From: Bdellovibrionales bacterium
Lineage (GTDB): Bacteria > Bdellovibrionota > Bdellovibrionia > Bdellovibrionales > JAUICD01
Assembly (NCBI GenBank): GCA_965203275.1
Contig: OZ241865.1
Location: 256,001-320,000 of the forward strand
Direction of reading: 5' to 3'
DNA length: 64,000 bases
Shown: positions 1-9,873 of the stretch, piece after piece
Numbering within the stretch: the stretch's first letter is position 1
Layout: the number at the start of each line of letters is the position of its first letter
The notes under the pieces: generated by a model
Told to the model about the DNA's origin: nothing
Seen by the model: the letters and a program-made list of their open reading frames with translations, nothing else
Databases searched by the model: none
Translations under genes and position numbers: made by a program

Positions 1-6
1 TTCCTT

Positions 7-390
7 TTATTCACCAAAAAGGTTTGAAAATGCAACCCTACTAAATAAAAAAGAGTTTAAAGATAAGCCCCCTAAAAGGGCTATAAATTCAAACCTGTCA
101 AAAATAGATATATCACAAAGTAACTTAAATAAACCCTGACAAAAAACTATGGCCAAAACAAAATAAAACCAAACTTGAATAAGAACAAAAACTTTTTGAG
201 CATATTCTTTTTTATGTTCTCTTTCAGACTGAGAGACTGCGATCTGCTCTTGTACCACCTTATTTAATATTACCTCTTTACTTGATTCGTTTTGCTGGTT
301 TAGTAGTGTTTGTTTAGACTGTTTCTCACTTGGCTGACTGTCTGTTTGATATTCTTTAGATAGTTTTGGAAGCTTGTCTATAGATGTCAT
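7..390 (-). CDS. Small protein with two C-terminal TM segments; candidate toxin paired with the Panacea antitoxin
   Basis: 127 aa with a hydrophilic N-half and two hydrophobic helices; ATGA overlap with the upstream DUF4065 gene. Confidence 0.65.
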   Translation of the reverse strand: MTSIDKLPKLSKEYQTDSQPSEKQSKQTLLNQQNESSKEVILNKVVQEQIAVSQSEREHKKEYAQKVFVLIQVWFYFVLAIVFCQGLFKLLCDISIFDRFEFIALLGGLSLNSFLFSRVAFSNLFGE

Positions 391-902
391 TGATCTGTCT
401 TATCCTCTAAAAATTGCAAATAATATTCCTTTATGATCTCATTATCAATAGACTTACCTTGAATACCATTGCTTTCTTTTATTGTTAGAAACCATGGACT
501 CCCCTCTATGTGAGTCCGTCCTGATAAATCCCATGCAGGTAGCTTGCCATAATCTCTTAAAACAACATCCATTATCTTTTTTTCGTCTTCACTAAAATAA
601 GCTCGACGTTCTCTTAATCCCTTATTTGTGTCGTCGAGTTCTTTGGCTTTGTTTTCTTTTTTAATAACTGGAAAAATTTTAAAAGCATGGTAAATAGATT
701 GAAAGACCGGTCCATATCTCCAAGCAAGAGCATATTCATTAACTAATGGCTTACCTATCAAAGCTAATTTAAAGCCATGAGCGATATAAACAAGCTTGAT
801 CAATTTTAAGCATGTAAGCTCTTCCCTACCATTATTTTTGAAGTTGTCTATAAAATAATTGGCTACGGCTAAAGGGTCATGGCCTTCTGTGTTTTCAGTC
901 AT
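387..902 (-). CDS. Panacea (DUF4065/GepA/SocA-like) antitoxin domain protein
   Basis: Motifs AVANYFI, LKLIKLVYIAHG, AWRYGPV, LSGRTHIEGSPW and IDNEIIKEYY. The start at 902 lies 10 nt after GGAGG (the ORF track extends to 968). Confidence 0.88.
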   Translation of the reverse strand: MTENTEGHDPLAVANYFIDNFKNNGREELTCLKLIKLVYIAHGFKLALIGKPLVNEYALAWRYGPVFQSIYHAFKIFPVIKKENKAKELDDTNKGLRERRAYFSEDEKKIMDVVLRDYGKLPAWDLSGRTHIEGSPWFLTIKESNGIQGKSIDNEIIKEYYLQFLEDKTDQ

Positions 903-1455
903 ATTGATCATTCCTCCTGATATTTTGAATATATCTTTTAATATATCTTTTAAAATCAAATGCGACAAATTGTCAATACCTTAGTGTGGTGTGTCAATTT
1001 GAGATTTTAAAGCCGTTTTATCTTTCTAACTTATTTAACCTGTTCTTTAAAAGATACTCAATTTCAATGATGGCCTTTATGGCCTATCTGTTGTTAGGTT
1101 TTAGGATATAAAACTACAAAACTAAAGATGTATGATCAAAAGTATACTTTATAGATTCTAATAGGCTTATAAAATGTTGCTTGTTTATATCTTGACTGCT
1201 TTACTCTTTTATTTTCTCATAAGTTTCATCATTTTAAAAATTTAATTAAATGGCTTCTTTTCCATCCTTCAGTATGGTATCGGCACTATTTTAAAAGACT
1301 TAAGGATTTTTGCTTATTTTTGCAAAAAAAAATCAGGCATCTGTTTTAATGTGATACACAATTTTGAGTGATCATTTTCAAGTGAATTAAATTGTCATTA
1401 CAAAATAGCAGTCTACTCGATTTTGTGACAGTGCATCACAATCTATCACTGCCTG

Positions 1456-1483
1456 TTGACAAAATCCCTTAATATAGTACAAT
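1456..1483 (+). promoter_or_regulatory. sigma70-type promoter
   Basis: TTGACA-N16-TACAAT upstream of CDS 1572. Confidence 0.55.
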
Positions 1484-1571
1484 GATCATTAGGTGGTATT
1501 AAAATCATCAGAGGTTTAAATAATGAATTTAAATAATGATAAGTCAAATGATTAAGTTGGAGGTATAAAGT

Positions 1572-2006
1572 ATGGAAGCATATAGCACTTTAGAAATAAT
1601 ATTTGGCTTTGGAATTGGATTATTAAGTATTTTAGCTAGCTTAATTATAATTATGAGATTTTTAAGTAGTCCTCTTAAAAAACAAATAGATGACATAGAA
1701 AAATATTTAAACAACCATCTATCTTCACAAATTAAAAGATTAGAAGACAATCAAATAGAAATGCGGTCTGACATAAAGGCACTTGACAAGAAGATTGATG
1801 ACAAGAAGATTGATGACAATACAAAGGCACTTGACAAGAAGATTGATGACAATACAAAGGCACTTGACAAGAAGATTGATGACAATGCAAAGGCACTTCA
1901 TCAGAAGATTGATGACAATACAAAACAAACCAATCAAAAATTTGATCATATCAATCAACGTCTTGATAAGATATTTGAGTTATTAACTCATCTTTCCAAT
2001 AAATAA
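1572..2006 (+). CDS. N-terminal TM plus coiled-coil protein with Bdr-like KID repeats (NH[IL] family)
   Basis: GGAGG RBS, TM helix, NNHLSSQI motif, (ALDKKIDDNTK)n repeats, C-terminal RLDKIFELL. Confidence 0.8.
   Translation: MEAYSTLEIIFGFGIGLLSILASLIIIMRFLSSPLKKQIDDIEKYLNNHLSSQIKRLEDNQIEMRSDIKALDKKIDDKKIDDNTKALDKKIDDNTKALDKKIDDNAKALHQKIDDNTKQTNQKFDHINQRLDKIFELLTHLSNK
1775..1923 (+). repeat. Intragenic 33-bp tandem repeat (~4 copies) plus a 15-bp duplication
   Basis: AAAGGCACTTGACAAGAAGATTGATGACAATAC is repeated. Confidence 0.9.
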
Positions 2007-2295
2007 TCTCTTTTAAATCTATAAGCCTTTTAACAAAATGCGATAAAGTATTACGCTCTCAGCTTTATTAAACTTCATAATAATTTAATCCTTTTCACAA
2101 CTTTAATTTGGTTTAGGGTGGGAGTTTTTCAGAAAAGAAGTTGCTCCTTTTAAAGAAAGGGTAGCCTTAACTCCGTTAGATGAATAGGCTTTAAAGTGCA
2201 GAAAAATGCTCCTTTTAAGTTCCTAATATAAAATGTTACTTGTAAAATATCAATTGAGGAAAAGTTATCAGTTGAAAAAAAGTCCAAGCTATTTT

Positions 2296-2823
2296 TTAAT
2301 TTATCTTCTTGGCCTCTACAATGTGATCATCCTTAATGACGATTTCGAATCCAGCTTCTTTAGCTCTTTGTTTATAATTTTGAATAACTTCCTGTCTATA
2401 TCTTTGTTCTTCTTGTTCTTCAAGTATTTGTCTTTGTCTTTCTCTCTCTTTCTGAAGAATATAAGCATCTACTTGGTTTGTAAGACTTAGATCATTATTT
2501 TGTAGTTTTTTAGGTTGACTATGATGTGTTGGCTTTTTGTGATCTAAAGAAAGTTTAGGATGAGAATTCTTCAAATATTCAACTTCTTTCACCAATGATG
2601 TTGCTTGCAATTTTTGAAATTGCATTTTACGAGATAAGAGACTTAAGTGATAATTCACTCTTGAATCTACAGAACTTTCATATTTATGAAAATCATCTGA
2701 TTGACTTTTAGTTTGAGATGGAAGTAATTGCTCAGTTGCTTTTTGTGGAGCTATATAAGTATATAAAATGCCAATTATAAGCAAACAAATAATATAATTA
2801 TATTTTTTTATTCTTTCCTTCAT
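2296..2823 (-). CDS. Hypothetical membrane-anchored coiled-coil protein
   Basis: 175 aa, N-terminal hydrophobic helix, GAGG RBS. Confidence 0.75.
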   Translation of the reverse strand: MKERIKKYNYIICLLIIGILYTYIAPQKATEQLLPSQTKSQSDDFHKYESSVDSRVNYHLSLLSRKMQFQKLQATSLVKEVEYLKNSHPKLSLDHKKPTHHSQPKKLQNNDLSLTNQVDAYILQKERERQRQILEEQEEQRYRQEVIQNYKQRAKEAGFEIVIKDDHIVEAKKIN

Positions 2824-2928
2824 CCTCTTTAACCTTCATCCTCTCTAAGACTATTTCTCTTTACTTTGATACAAGCCTTCTTAATTCTCGTCATATCTCA
2901 CATTTGTTAAATGGCTATGACTTAATAA

Positions 2929-4086
2929 CTACTCAATAACCTTTTGAATTATGTAGCTATATTGAATGTTTATTGTTGTGCCTGAAGCAGGAGCTTGATC
3001 AAAGACATATTTATTGTGTTCTTCATCAAAGCTTCCAGAGACAGCATTCTCAGCAGGTGTGAAGTCTAATGTAATACTTTCTTCTACTACATTTTCATAT
3101 CTAAGGTTTACTTCAGTGAGGTTAAGTATAGCTTCCAATCGATTACTGATGTCTACAAGAGTTTCACTGTAATCATCATCACAAATACTATATGTGCTTC
3201 CTCGTCCTGCTGCTAGATTAGCAATAAAGGTACTAAATATAGGTTCACCTTCTGTATCAATCAACTTATATCTTTCGAGTTCTTTTTTCATACAACTTTG
3301 ATCATCCGGTTGAACAATGATTCCATAAACAGAGAGATTCTTATTTTCACCAAAAGCACCTCTTACAGTCTGGATCACTTCTGAAGGTTGTGTTGGGCTG
3401 GTTGTTACTTCCCCTTGTGCATTGGTAATTTCTAAACCATTGGAAAGTTCATCTTCATTAGAGAGTATTATAACAGCTAGGGCTGCATTGTCTCTAAAGA
3501 ATCCTTCATTTTCTTCATTACGTTTATCAATAGCATTTTTAATGTTTCTCAAAGGAACTTCTACACCAGAGTCTTCACGGACTCCAGTTTGAGCATTAAC
3601 GGCTCGTGAACTTTTGCCATTTCTATTAATTGTATTTAGAAACAATTCTTGTGGATTTTGTAATTGATTGGTTAAAATTTTCACAAGGTTTCCTTTAGCA
3701 TCGCGTATTTCTCCCTGAGCGTCCTCTAAATGGTAAAATGCACCATGATACCCATCTTCATTAACAATAGGAGTAGAATCATCTGCATTAATAAAAGCCA
3801 TTTGCCAATCAACTTGAGATAAGCTTGAGATCAATTCACCAAACTTTGCACCTAATTTTTGTTGATGATGATTCATCGAACTAGAAGTATCTATAACAAC
3901 TAATATATCAACTTTTTGTATAGTAGCAGATTGCTCCACTTCGATCGTATCACGACGAATACTTTCAATGATCTGAGGAGGTGGCTTGACATTTATGTTT
4001 GCACTTTTACAGCCAATCCCTGTAATCATCATAGTAAATATTAATGTAAAGCAAGAAAATAAATTATGAATTGATTTTTTATTCAT
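2929..4086 (-). CDS. Lipoprotein with a vWA-like domain
   Basis: Lipobox GIGC, MIDAS-like VDILVVIDTSSSM, GFFRDNAALAVIILSNEDE, SICDDDYS. Confidence 0.8.
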   Translation of the reverse strand: MNKKSIHNLFSCFTLIFTMMITGIGCKSANINVKPPPQIIESIRRDTIEVEQSATIQKVDILVVIDTSSSMNHHQQKLGAKFGELISSLSQVDWQMAFINADDSTPIVNEDGYHGAFYHLEDAQGEIRDAKGNLVKILTNQLQNPQELFLNTINRNGKSSRAVNAQTGVREDSGVEVPLRNIKNAIDKRNEENEGFFRDNAALAVIILSNEDELSNGLEITNAQGEVTTSPTQPSEVIQTVRGAFGENKNLSVYGIIVQPDDQSCMKKELERYKLIDTEGEPIFSTFIANLAAGRGSTYSICDDDYSETLVDISNRLEAILNLTEVNLRYENVVEESITLDFTPAENAVSGSFDEEHNKYVFDQAPASGTTINIQYSYIIQKVIE

Positions 4087-4147
4087 TTTAACCTCTTAAC
4101 CCTTTAAAGATAAAAAAATTATTTTTAGAAACCCTTACTTATAGAAC

Positions 4148-4165
4148 AAGCAAATAATAGGCCAA
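4148..4165 (-). promoter_or_regulatory. sigma54-type -24/-12 promoter
   Basis: Minus strand reads TTGGCCTATTATTTGCTT (GG-N10-GC with TTGC), about 60 nt upstream of the start. Confidence 0.5.
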
Positions 4166-4315
4166 AAGTGCTATTCACACGTTTCAATAAGTTAATATGT
4201 TGTGAAAGTAAGTTTTTTTGAAGATGAGGAGAAGAATCATTAAAAGTAGTTTTTAAATAGGTGTGTAAAATGTGATCAGGTGTCTATAGTATTGATATTG
4301 CTCTAACTTAAAAAA

Positions 4316-5662
4316 TTAAATTTTGCTAGCTAATAGAAAGACATCTCCTGCTAAAAACCGATGTCCTATAATTTGTACTTTAAATTCTCTATCTCCATGT
4401 ATATCTTTGAGCATAGTATCTTCTGCTAAAATACACTTCCAATAATCCCTAGAGAGCAACTTTTGAATGCTTTTTTGTTTTTTAAGAGCTAAGACTTTCT
4501 TTTGAGAACCTATCTGTTTTAATGCTTTTTTAAAATAACGCATTTGACTTAATTTCCTGAGTTTTTGGGATCTTTGCTTTTTTTCTGATAGAGGCACATC
4601 ATCTCTCCATTTAGAAGCTCTTGTTCCAGGTCGCACACTATAAGGGAAGACATGAATAAAATCCCAAGGTAAGTTTTCAAGCCTTGTGTAAGTTTGGTGA
4701 AAATCTTCTTGAGATTCTCCAGTAAATCCTACAATAACATCCATGCCCACAAAAGCATGTGGAAGCTTTTGTTCAATCATCAAAAGAGCATTTTGTACAT
4801 CTTCACTTGTATATTGCCTTCGCATTTTTTGCAAAGTTGGAGTTGAAGCACTTTGAATGCTTAAATGAAAGTGTGGACATACACGAGGATTTTGATAGAG
4901 TTCCATAAGGTCATTTGTCAATTCTAAAGGCTCTAAACTTGTTAAACGGATACGAGGGATGGATGTTTTCTCCAATACACTTTGTAGCAGGTCACTCAAA
5001 GCAAAAGATTGCCCTTGCATATCTTGGTAATGGTAATCTCCAATATGTACCCCTGTAAGAACCACCTCACAAATGCCTTCATCTATCAGTTGATTGATTT
5101 TATCACAGAGGAGGTTGACATTTAAGCTTCGGCTTTTCCCTCTTGCAAAGGGGATAACACAATAAGTACAAAAACTATTACAACCGTCCTGAATTTTAAG
5201 AAAGGCTCTTGTTCTGCCACTTTTAAGACCTCCACCGAATTCCATGTCTTGTTTTTTAAAAATATTGGATTTAAAAATACGTTGAGATAATTGTCCTCTC
5301 ATTAATAAAGGAATATACTCTTTGATTTGACTTTTATGACTGTTAGCTACCACAAGATCGACTCCCTTTAAGCTAGTGAACTGATCTGTGTCTACTTGAA
5401 CTCCACAACCTGTTACAATAATTTTGGCCTTAGGGTTTCGTAGTTTCAATCTACGGATTTGTTTTTGAGCTTTTTTAATGGCTTCATGTGTGACTGCACA
5501 AGTATTAAAAATATGGATATCTGCATGAGCAGAAGGCAAAAGAGATATTGTTTTAAATTGTTGCTCTAAAAGACTTGTGTCGTATGTATTGACCTTACAA
5601 CCGAAGGTGTGCATTTGATAAGTCCATCCTAGGTGTTGATTTGGACTTTGATTCAATAACAT
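4316..5662 (-). CDS. mtaB: tRNA t6A37 methylthiotransferase
   Basis: HTFGCKVNTYD, NTCAVT, radical-SAM motif KIQDGCNSFCTYCVIP, GKSRS; start uncertain (5662-5686). Confidence 0.92.
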   Translation of the reverse strand: MLLNQSPNQHLGWTYQMHTFGCKVNTYDTSLLEQQFKTISLLPSAHADIHIFNTCAVTHEAIKKAQKQIRRLKLRNPKAKIIVTGCGVQVDTDQFTSLKGVDLVVANSHKSQIKEYIPLLMRGQLSQRIFKSNIFKKQDMEFGGGLKSGRTRAFLKIQDGCNSFCTYCVIPFARGKSRSLNVNLLCDKINQLIDEGICEVVLTGVHIGDYHYQDMQGQSFALSDLLQSVLEKTSIPRIRLTSLEPLELTNDLMELYQNPRVCPHFHLSIQSASTPTLQKMRRQYTSEDVQNALLMIEQKLPHAFVGMDVIVGFTGESQEDFHQTYTRLENLPWDFIHVFPYSVRPGTRASKWRDDVPLSEKKQRSQKLRKLSQMRYFKKALKQIGSQKKVLALKKQKSIQKLLSRDYWKCILAEDTMLKDIHGDREFKVQIIGHRFLAGDVFLLASKI

Positions 5663-5794
5663 AATAACAGCTCCCTTCATAATCATTTTATAATAAAACC
5701 AATTTCAAAGCACTAAAGTATGCCAAAAGTGTATCATTATGATACATAAATTTTTATTGTCGGTCAATTTTACCTGTCTTTTAAAATAAAATGA

Positions 5795-5821
5795 TAATAA
5801 TCATAAATAATCTGCCGATAA
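5795..5821 (+). promoter_or_regulatory. sigma28 (FliA)-like promoter
   Basis: TAAT-N15-GCCGATAA ending 6 nt before ATG 5828. Confidence 0.5.
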
Positions 5822-5827
5822 AATATT

Positions 5828-7126
5828 ATGCCTACAAAAAACACAAACACAGCTATAGAAATAGACGATTTGTTCCTTGATCTAGAGGTTCAAAAAGAAC
5901 CTTCTAATAATGATAATAAAAGTCAAACTCCAATTTCGCAAAATGATGCCCTCTTATCATCACTGGAAAACACACAAATGGTTGAAAAGTCTCATTTAAG
6001 TATTGTCAAGTCTGCTGATTCATTAGATGAAAATTCAAAATCAGAGCCTGTTTTATTAGGAAATACCAAAACTGTTTTAACAGATGAGGCTTCAAAAAGT
6101 AAGAATACCAATGAAGATCATATACAAGAAGCCCTTCAAGAGCATTCATCAGATAAAGGTCAGGTCCATCATACAGATCAAGTTAATCATGTTAAAGAAG
6201 AGGAAGTACAGACCAATGTCAAAACGGAAGCACTGGATATAGAATCATCAAATCAAAATGAGATCATAGAGTCTGCGGAAGACGGTTATATTGATGATAT
6301 AACTATTTTCCGTAAGAACAAGGATGAAGATGTTTCATTTGAGTCTTCTTTTAATTCTACTAATTCTGCGGAAGATTCTGATTTGTCCCTTGTACAAAGC
6401 TTAAATAAACAAGAAGAAAATAAAAAAACTCCTATAGAAGGTACATCTCATACTTCTTCATCTTCATTGACAGCTACAGATATTATACATCATGTAGACC
6501 ATGTGGACCATGTAGAAGAGCAAATGCCTCTTATGCATCCTGCATCTTCTGCACAGCAAGTCTTAAAGCGTGCAGATCAGCTTAAAATGGCTCAAGATAG
6601 AATAAAAGAATTAGAATCTATGTTATTTTCTACACGCCAAGAAAATGAAAGTTTGTCTTTAGAGGTTGAAAGCTTAACAAAGCGAGTAGAGGAGTTAGCT
6701 GCCCAATTAGATTCAAGCGAAAGAAGAAGCCGAACAAAAATAGAAGGTCTTTCAGATGAAAGAAATCTAATAGAAGAGTCTCTTTTTCAAAAAGACAAGG
6801 AATTAAACAATATGAAGTTAAAAGTTGAACAACTTACAAAGAGATTAGCTAAAGACCTTAAAAGTGTACGCATTAGGGAAATTGAATTAGAAAATCGACT
6901 AGAGCTAGTCAAACAAGAGAAAATGGCTCTTTTAAAAAACAAAGATGAAATTATTTTAAATTTAAAAAGAAAAGCCGATCATTTAACAATGGATATTGAT
7001 GGATATCGCAAGAAAAATCAATCAACTCAGGCACAAATATCAGAAAATGAAGAAAGAGTTCAAAGAAGTGTCCGTGCCTTAAGATTGGCACTTAGTATGT
7101 TAGAAGGGAGTGACTCTTCTAAATAG
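5828..7126 (+). CDS. Protein with an acidic disordered N-terminus and a long C-terminal coiled coil
   Basis: 432-aa ORF; heptad-rich C-half ending RSVRALRLALSMLEG. Confidence 0.75.
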   Translation: MPTKNTNTAIEIDDLFLDLEVQKEPSNNDNKSQTPISQNDALLSSLENTQMVEKSHLSIVKSADSLDENSKSEPVLLGNTKTVLTDEASKSKNTNEDHIQEALQEHSSDKGQVHHTDQVNHVKEEEVQTNVKTEALDIESSNQNEIIESAEDGYIDDITIFRKNKDEDVSFESSFNSTNSAEDSDLSLVQSLNKQEENKKTPIEGTSHTSSSSLTATDIIHHVDHVDHVEEQMPLMHPASSAQQVLKRADQLKMAQDRIKELESMLFSTRQENESLSLEVESLTKRVEELAAQLDSSERRSRTKIEGLSDERNLIEESLFQKDKELNNMKLKVEQLTKRLAKDLKSVRIREIELENRLELVKQEKMALLKNKDEIILNLKRKADHLTMDIDGYRKKNQSTQAQISENEERVQRSVRALRLALSMLEGSDSSK

Positions 7127-7144
7127 AAGAGGATGGGTGGATTT

Positions 7145-7906
7145 TTAAAATTGAGATCGCAAATCTCTAATAATAGTGAATTTTTCTAAAGGAGATAAAT
7201 GGTGGTCTATTTCTTTAAAATCATCTTGATCGACTCTTAAAAAGGGATTGAGTTTTTTTTCTTGCTCTATAGTGGTAGGTAATGTGGGTTGATTTTGAGA
7301 TCTCATAAATTTAATTTTTTGATAGTAATTGAGAAGCTCAGATTTTTGAGGTTGCAAAGTCAATGCAAATTGCATATTTTTTTCTGTATATTCGTGGGCA
7401 GCGTAAACCTTTGTTTGATCTGGCAATTTTCTTAATTTTTTTAGGCTTTCCCACATCATTTGAGGTGTCCCTTCAAAGAGCCGTCCGCAACCTAGTGAAA
7501 ACAGACAATCTCCTGTAAAAAGCAAGTTTTCAGAAGGGATATAATAATTAATCATGCCCAGTGTATGGCCTGGAACAAAGAAAACTTGTACAGAGGTTTT
7601 TCCAAATTCAAAGGTATCGTTTGCTTTTAAAGCTATATCTAAGCCGGGAATACGGCCCTGATCAGAATCATATTGAGAGCCTAAAATTTGGCAACAATAT
7701 TTTTTCTTAAGGGTTAAATTTCCTCCTATGTGATCTGCATGATGATGAGTGTTGAAAATATAGTCTAAGTGCCAATTTTTTTTTAAGAGAAAGTCTATAA
7801 TAACTTGAGTATCAGGGGTGTCAATGGCTGCTGTTTTTTTAAGCAGGGGATCATGCAAAATCAATGCATAATTATCTTGCAGGGCAGGTATTTGATAAAC
7901 TTCCAT
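7145..7906 (-). CDS. gloB: Hydroxyacylglutathione hydrolase (glyoxalase II)
   Basis: THHHADHIGG, PGHTLG, FTGDCLFSLGCGRLFEG, AHEYT, EKKLNPFLR. Confidence 0.95.
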   Translation of the reverse strand: MEVYQIPALQDNYALILHDPLLKKTAAIDTPDTQVIIDFLLKKNWHLDYIFNTHHHADHIGGNLTLKKKYCCQILGSQYDSDQGRIPGLDIALKANDTFEFGKTSVQVFFVPGHTLGMINYYIPSENLLFTGDCLFSLGCGRLFEGTPQMMWESLKKLRKLPDQTKVYAAHEYTEKNMQFALTLQPQKSELLNYYQKIKFMRSQNQPTLPTTIEQEKKLNPFLRVDQDDFKEIDHHLSPLEKFTIIRDLRSQF

Positions 7907-7952
7907 TGTGTTTCATAGTATCCATTTGGCAATATTTTTGTCAAATATATTT

Positions 7953-8167
7953 AGTTTCACTAAAAGTAAACTAGCCTCTGGCTACTTTTGGACATTGCTC
8001 TGACAGCTATCGCTGTCCAAAAAGAGCAATGTCTCAAAAGTCCGTTTACTTTTAGTAGGGAGGATATCCTCGTCTCTTAACTACATGTTAAGGAAAAAGT
8101 TCCTTCTGTTTCACTAAAAGTAAACGGACTTTTGAGGTTGGCCAGCAGTGATGAAGGAACTTTTTCT
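7953..8167 (-). repeat. Family 1 structured repeat: one full copy (core 7959-8056) plus an inverted fragment
   Basis: 13-bp outer stem ACTAAAAGTAAAC/GTTTACTTTTAGT enclosing nested hairpins. Strand given is the inferred folded strand. Confidence 0.9.
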
Positions 8168-8569
8168 TTATTTTTTAACTAGTATTTTTATAATCTTATC
8201 TAGTCTATTTTCTACCCTATTAATATCACTTTTTAACTCTTCTTTTACTTTATTAATCTTGGTAGGAATATGGTTATTTACTTGTTCCTTAATAGGGTTT
8301 ATTTCTTTTTTAATAGGTCCTATCTCTTTTTTTATCGGGTCTACTGAAGAATGTATTATAACCCTTAAAACAATAATTGATAAAATGGCATTTATTATCT
8401 CTTTTGATGAATACAAATCTTGCAATCCAAAATAATTTACCACTATTAACAAAATAAACAAAACAAGGATAAAAAAACCTGTATATCCTTTTAGCAATGA
8501 TGAAAATATATCCAGTGGTGATGATTGATTATTTTCTGGCCCGTTGCCATTACCTGAATGATCATTCAT
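8168..8569 (-). CDS. TM plus coiled-coil protein (NH[IL] family)
   Basis: Two hydrophobic segments, heptads PIKKEIG/PIKKEIN, INPIKEQVNNHIPTKI, RLDKIIKIL; start follows GAGG. Confidence 0.75.
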   Translation of the reverse strand: MNDHSGNGNGPENNQSSPLDIFSSLLKGYTGFFILVLFILLIVVNYFGLQDLYSSKEIINAILSIIVLRVIIHSSVDPIKKEIGPIKKEINPIKEQVNNHIPTKINKVKEELKSDINRVENRLDKIIKILVKK

Positions 8570-8670
8570 AAAATCCTCTTTCAAAAGCTATATTCACAAA
8601 AAAAAGAGGCTATCAAGCCACTTTAAGCTTATGAATTTATCTACAATCTACGACCATAGAAATTAATATT

Positions 8671-8699
8671 AGAATATCAATCCTAAAGGATTTTGTCAA
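8671..8699 (-). promoter_or_regulatory. sigma70-type promoter
   Basis: Minus strand TTGACA-N17-TATTCT; the -35 context TTGACAAAATCC is identical to the promoter at 1456. Confidence 0.5.
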
Positions 8700-8883
8700 T
8701 ATGACGATAAGAGTCATATCAATTCTTCTTATCTCTAAAGATTGAATAGTTTAATTTTGTACTCAATTTATTATGTTATTCAGACCACTTATGAGGATAA
8801 GTGGTCTTTTTTAGCAACTTTACTAAACGTTGTCGAAATTTTGATGTTTTGAAGCTTAAAAATAGCCTTGAAACATTGAATAT

Positions 8884-9720
8884 TTCCTTAACATTTCACT
8901 CAAAATGAGCTGGCCTCTGGCCACTTTTAGGTTGCCAGCAGTGATGAAGGAACTTTTTCCTTAACATGTAGTAAAAAATGAAGGCTTCCTCCTTACTAAA
9001 AATAAACGGATTTTTGAGGCATTCAGCCTTTTATCGACGGCGAGAGCCGAGAGGTGTAAGAATGAACTTTTTCCTTAACATTATGTTAAAAAATGAGGAG
9101 ATCCTCCCTACTCAAAATGAGCAGTTTTTTGTGGCATTGCTCTTTTTAGACAGCGTAAGCTGTCAGAGCAATGCCCAAAAACACACCAGAGGTGTGGCTC
9201 ATTTTGAGTGAAACAAACGGCTGGTTTATTTTTAGTGAAACAAACGCGGTCATTGTCCAAAAGTGGCCAGAGGCCAGTTCACTTTGAGTGAGCCAACTTC
9301 TCCAGGCTCCCACTGCCCTCATCCTCCCCCTAATTATTTTTTGTTTGAGTTTACGCAGAATCTAAAAGAGAATAAAAAAAAACAAAAAAAGGAAATCTTT
9401 TTCCTTAACTTTTCACTCAAAATGAACTGGCCTCTGGCCACTTTTGGGTAGCCAGCCCGACGGCTCACGCCGTCGTAAAAGGCTGGCTACCTCAAAAGCT
9501 TGTTCATTTTGAGTAGAGGAGGATCCTTTTATTCCTTTACACCATGTTAAGGAAAACAGTTTGCGAATAAAACTCTTTTTCCTTAACATGGAGTAAAAAA
9601 ATGAGGAGATCCTCCCTACTAAAAGTAAACGGACTTTTGAGGCATTGCTCTTTTTAGACAGCGTATAGCTGTCAGAGCAATGTCCAAAAGTGACCAGAGG
9701 TCAGTTTACTTTTAGTGCAA
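8884..9720. repeat. Family 1 cluster: three full cores (9110-9209, 9415-9514, 9618-9716), one split copy and fragments in both orientations
   Basis: Same helix architecture with different, compensated stem sequences. Confidence 0.9.
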
Positions 9721-9724
9721 AAAA

Positions 9725-9871
9725 TCTGAAAGATTCTTGATTTGGTAAATGTACGAAATTAGATGATAATAGATTCAAGGAGGGGAAATTTTGAGGGAAA
9801 CAGTACACGTATCTCTGAAAAAGGTACGTACGGGTAGCCGAAAACACACGAAATTAGATAATGGAAGGCCC
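9725..9871 (+). repeat. Family 2 dispersed repeat (~147 bp)
   Basis: Aligns end to end with the reverse complement of 61189-61334 and 61436-61581. Confidence 0.85.
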
Positions 9872-9873
9872 AA

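Noticed and set aside
1000..1300. Possible decayed gene with a sigma28-like promoter (1277-1302, minus strand)
   Set aside because: Only short stop-interrupted fragments with no recognisable similarity
1424..1440. CRP/FNR-like site TGTGA-N7-TCACA
   Set aside because: The spacing is 7 rather than 6 and it is a single instance
1732..1986. Alternative-frame repetitive ORFs (also 32916-33223)
   Set aside because: They are shadows of in-frame tandem repeats inside real genes
8930..9220. Hammerhead ribozyme (GTGATGA ... GAAAC)
   Set aside because: CTGANGA is absent and GTGATGA occurs at only two sites; the stems do not fit
8978..9451. Short ORFs 8978-9211 and 9263-9451 (also 18351, 23202, 61668)
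   Set aside because: They lie entirely in repeat DNA, and DPGS/GIRD-type peptides are translations of heptamers
7959..9716. Integron attC sites
   Set aside because: The RYYYAAC/GTTRRRY core is not conserved (GAGC/GCTC and GGTC/GACC variants), copies do not delimit gene cassettes, and no integron integrase is seen
9800..9840. Group II intron domain V (CACGTAT...GTACGTACGG)
   Set aside because: No AGC/CGC triad, no AC-bulge geometry, no domain VI or RT; it folds better as a simple 9-bp hairpin
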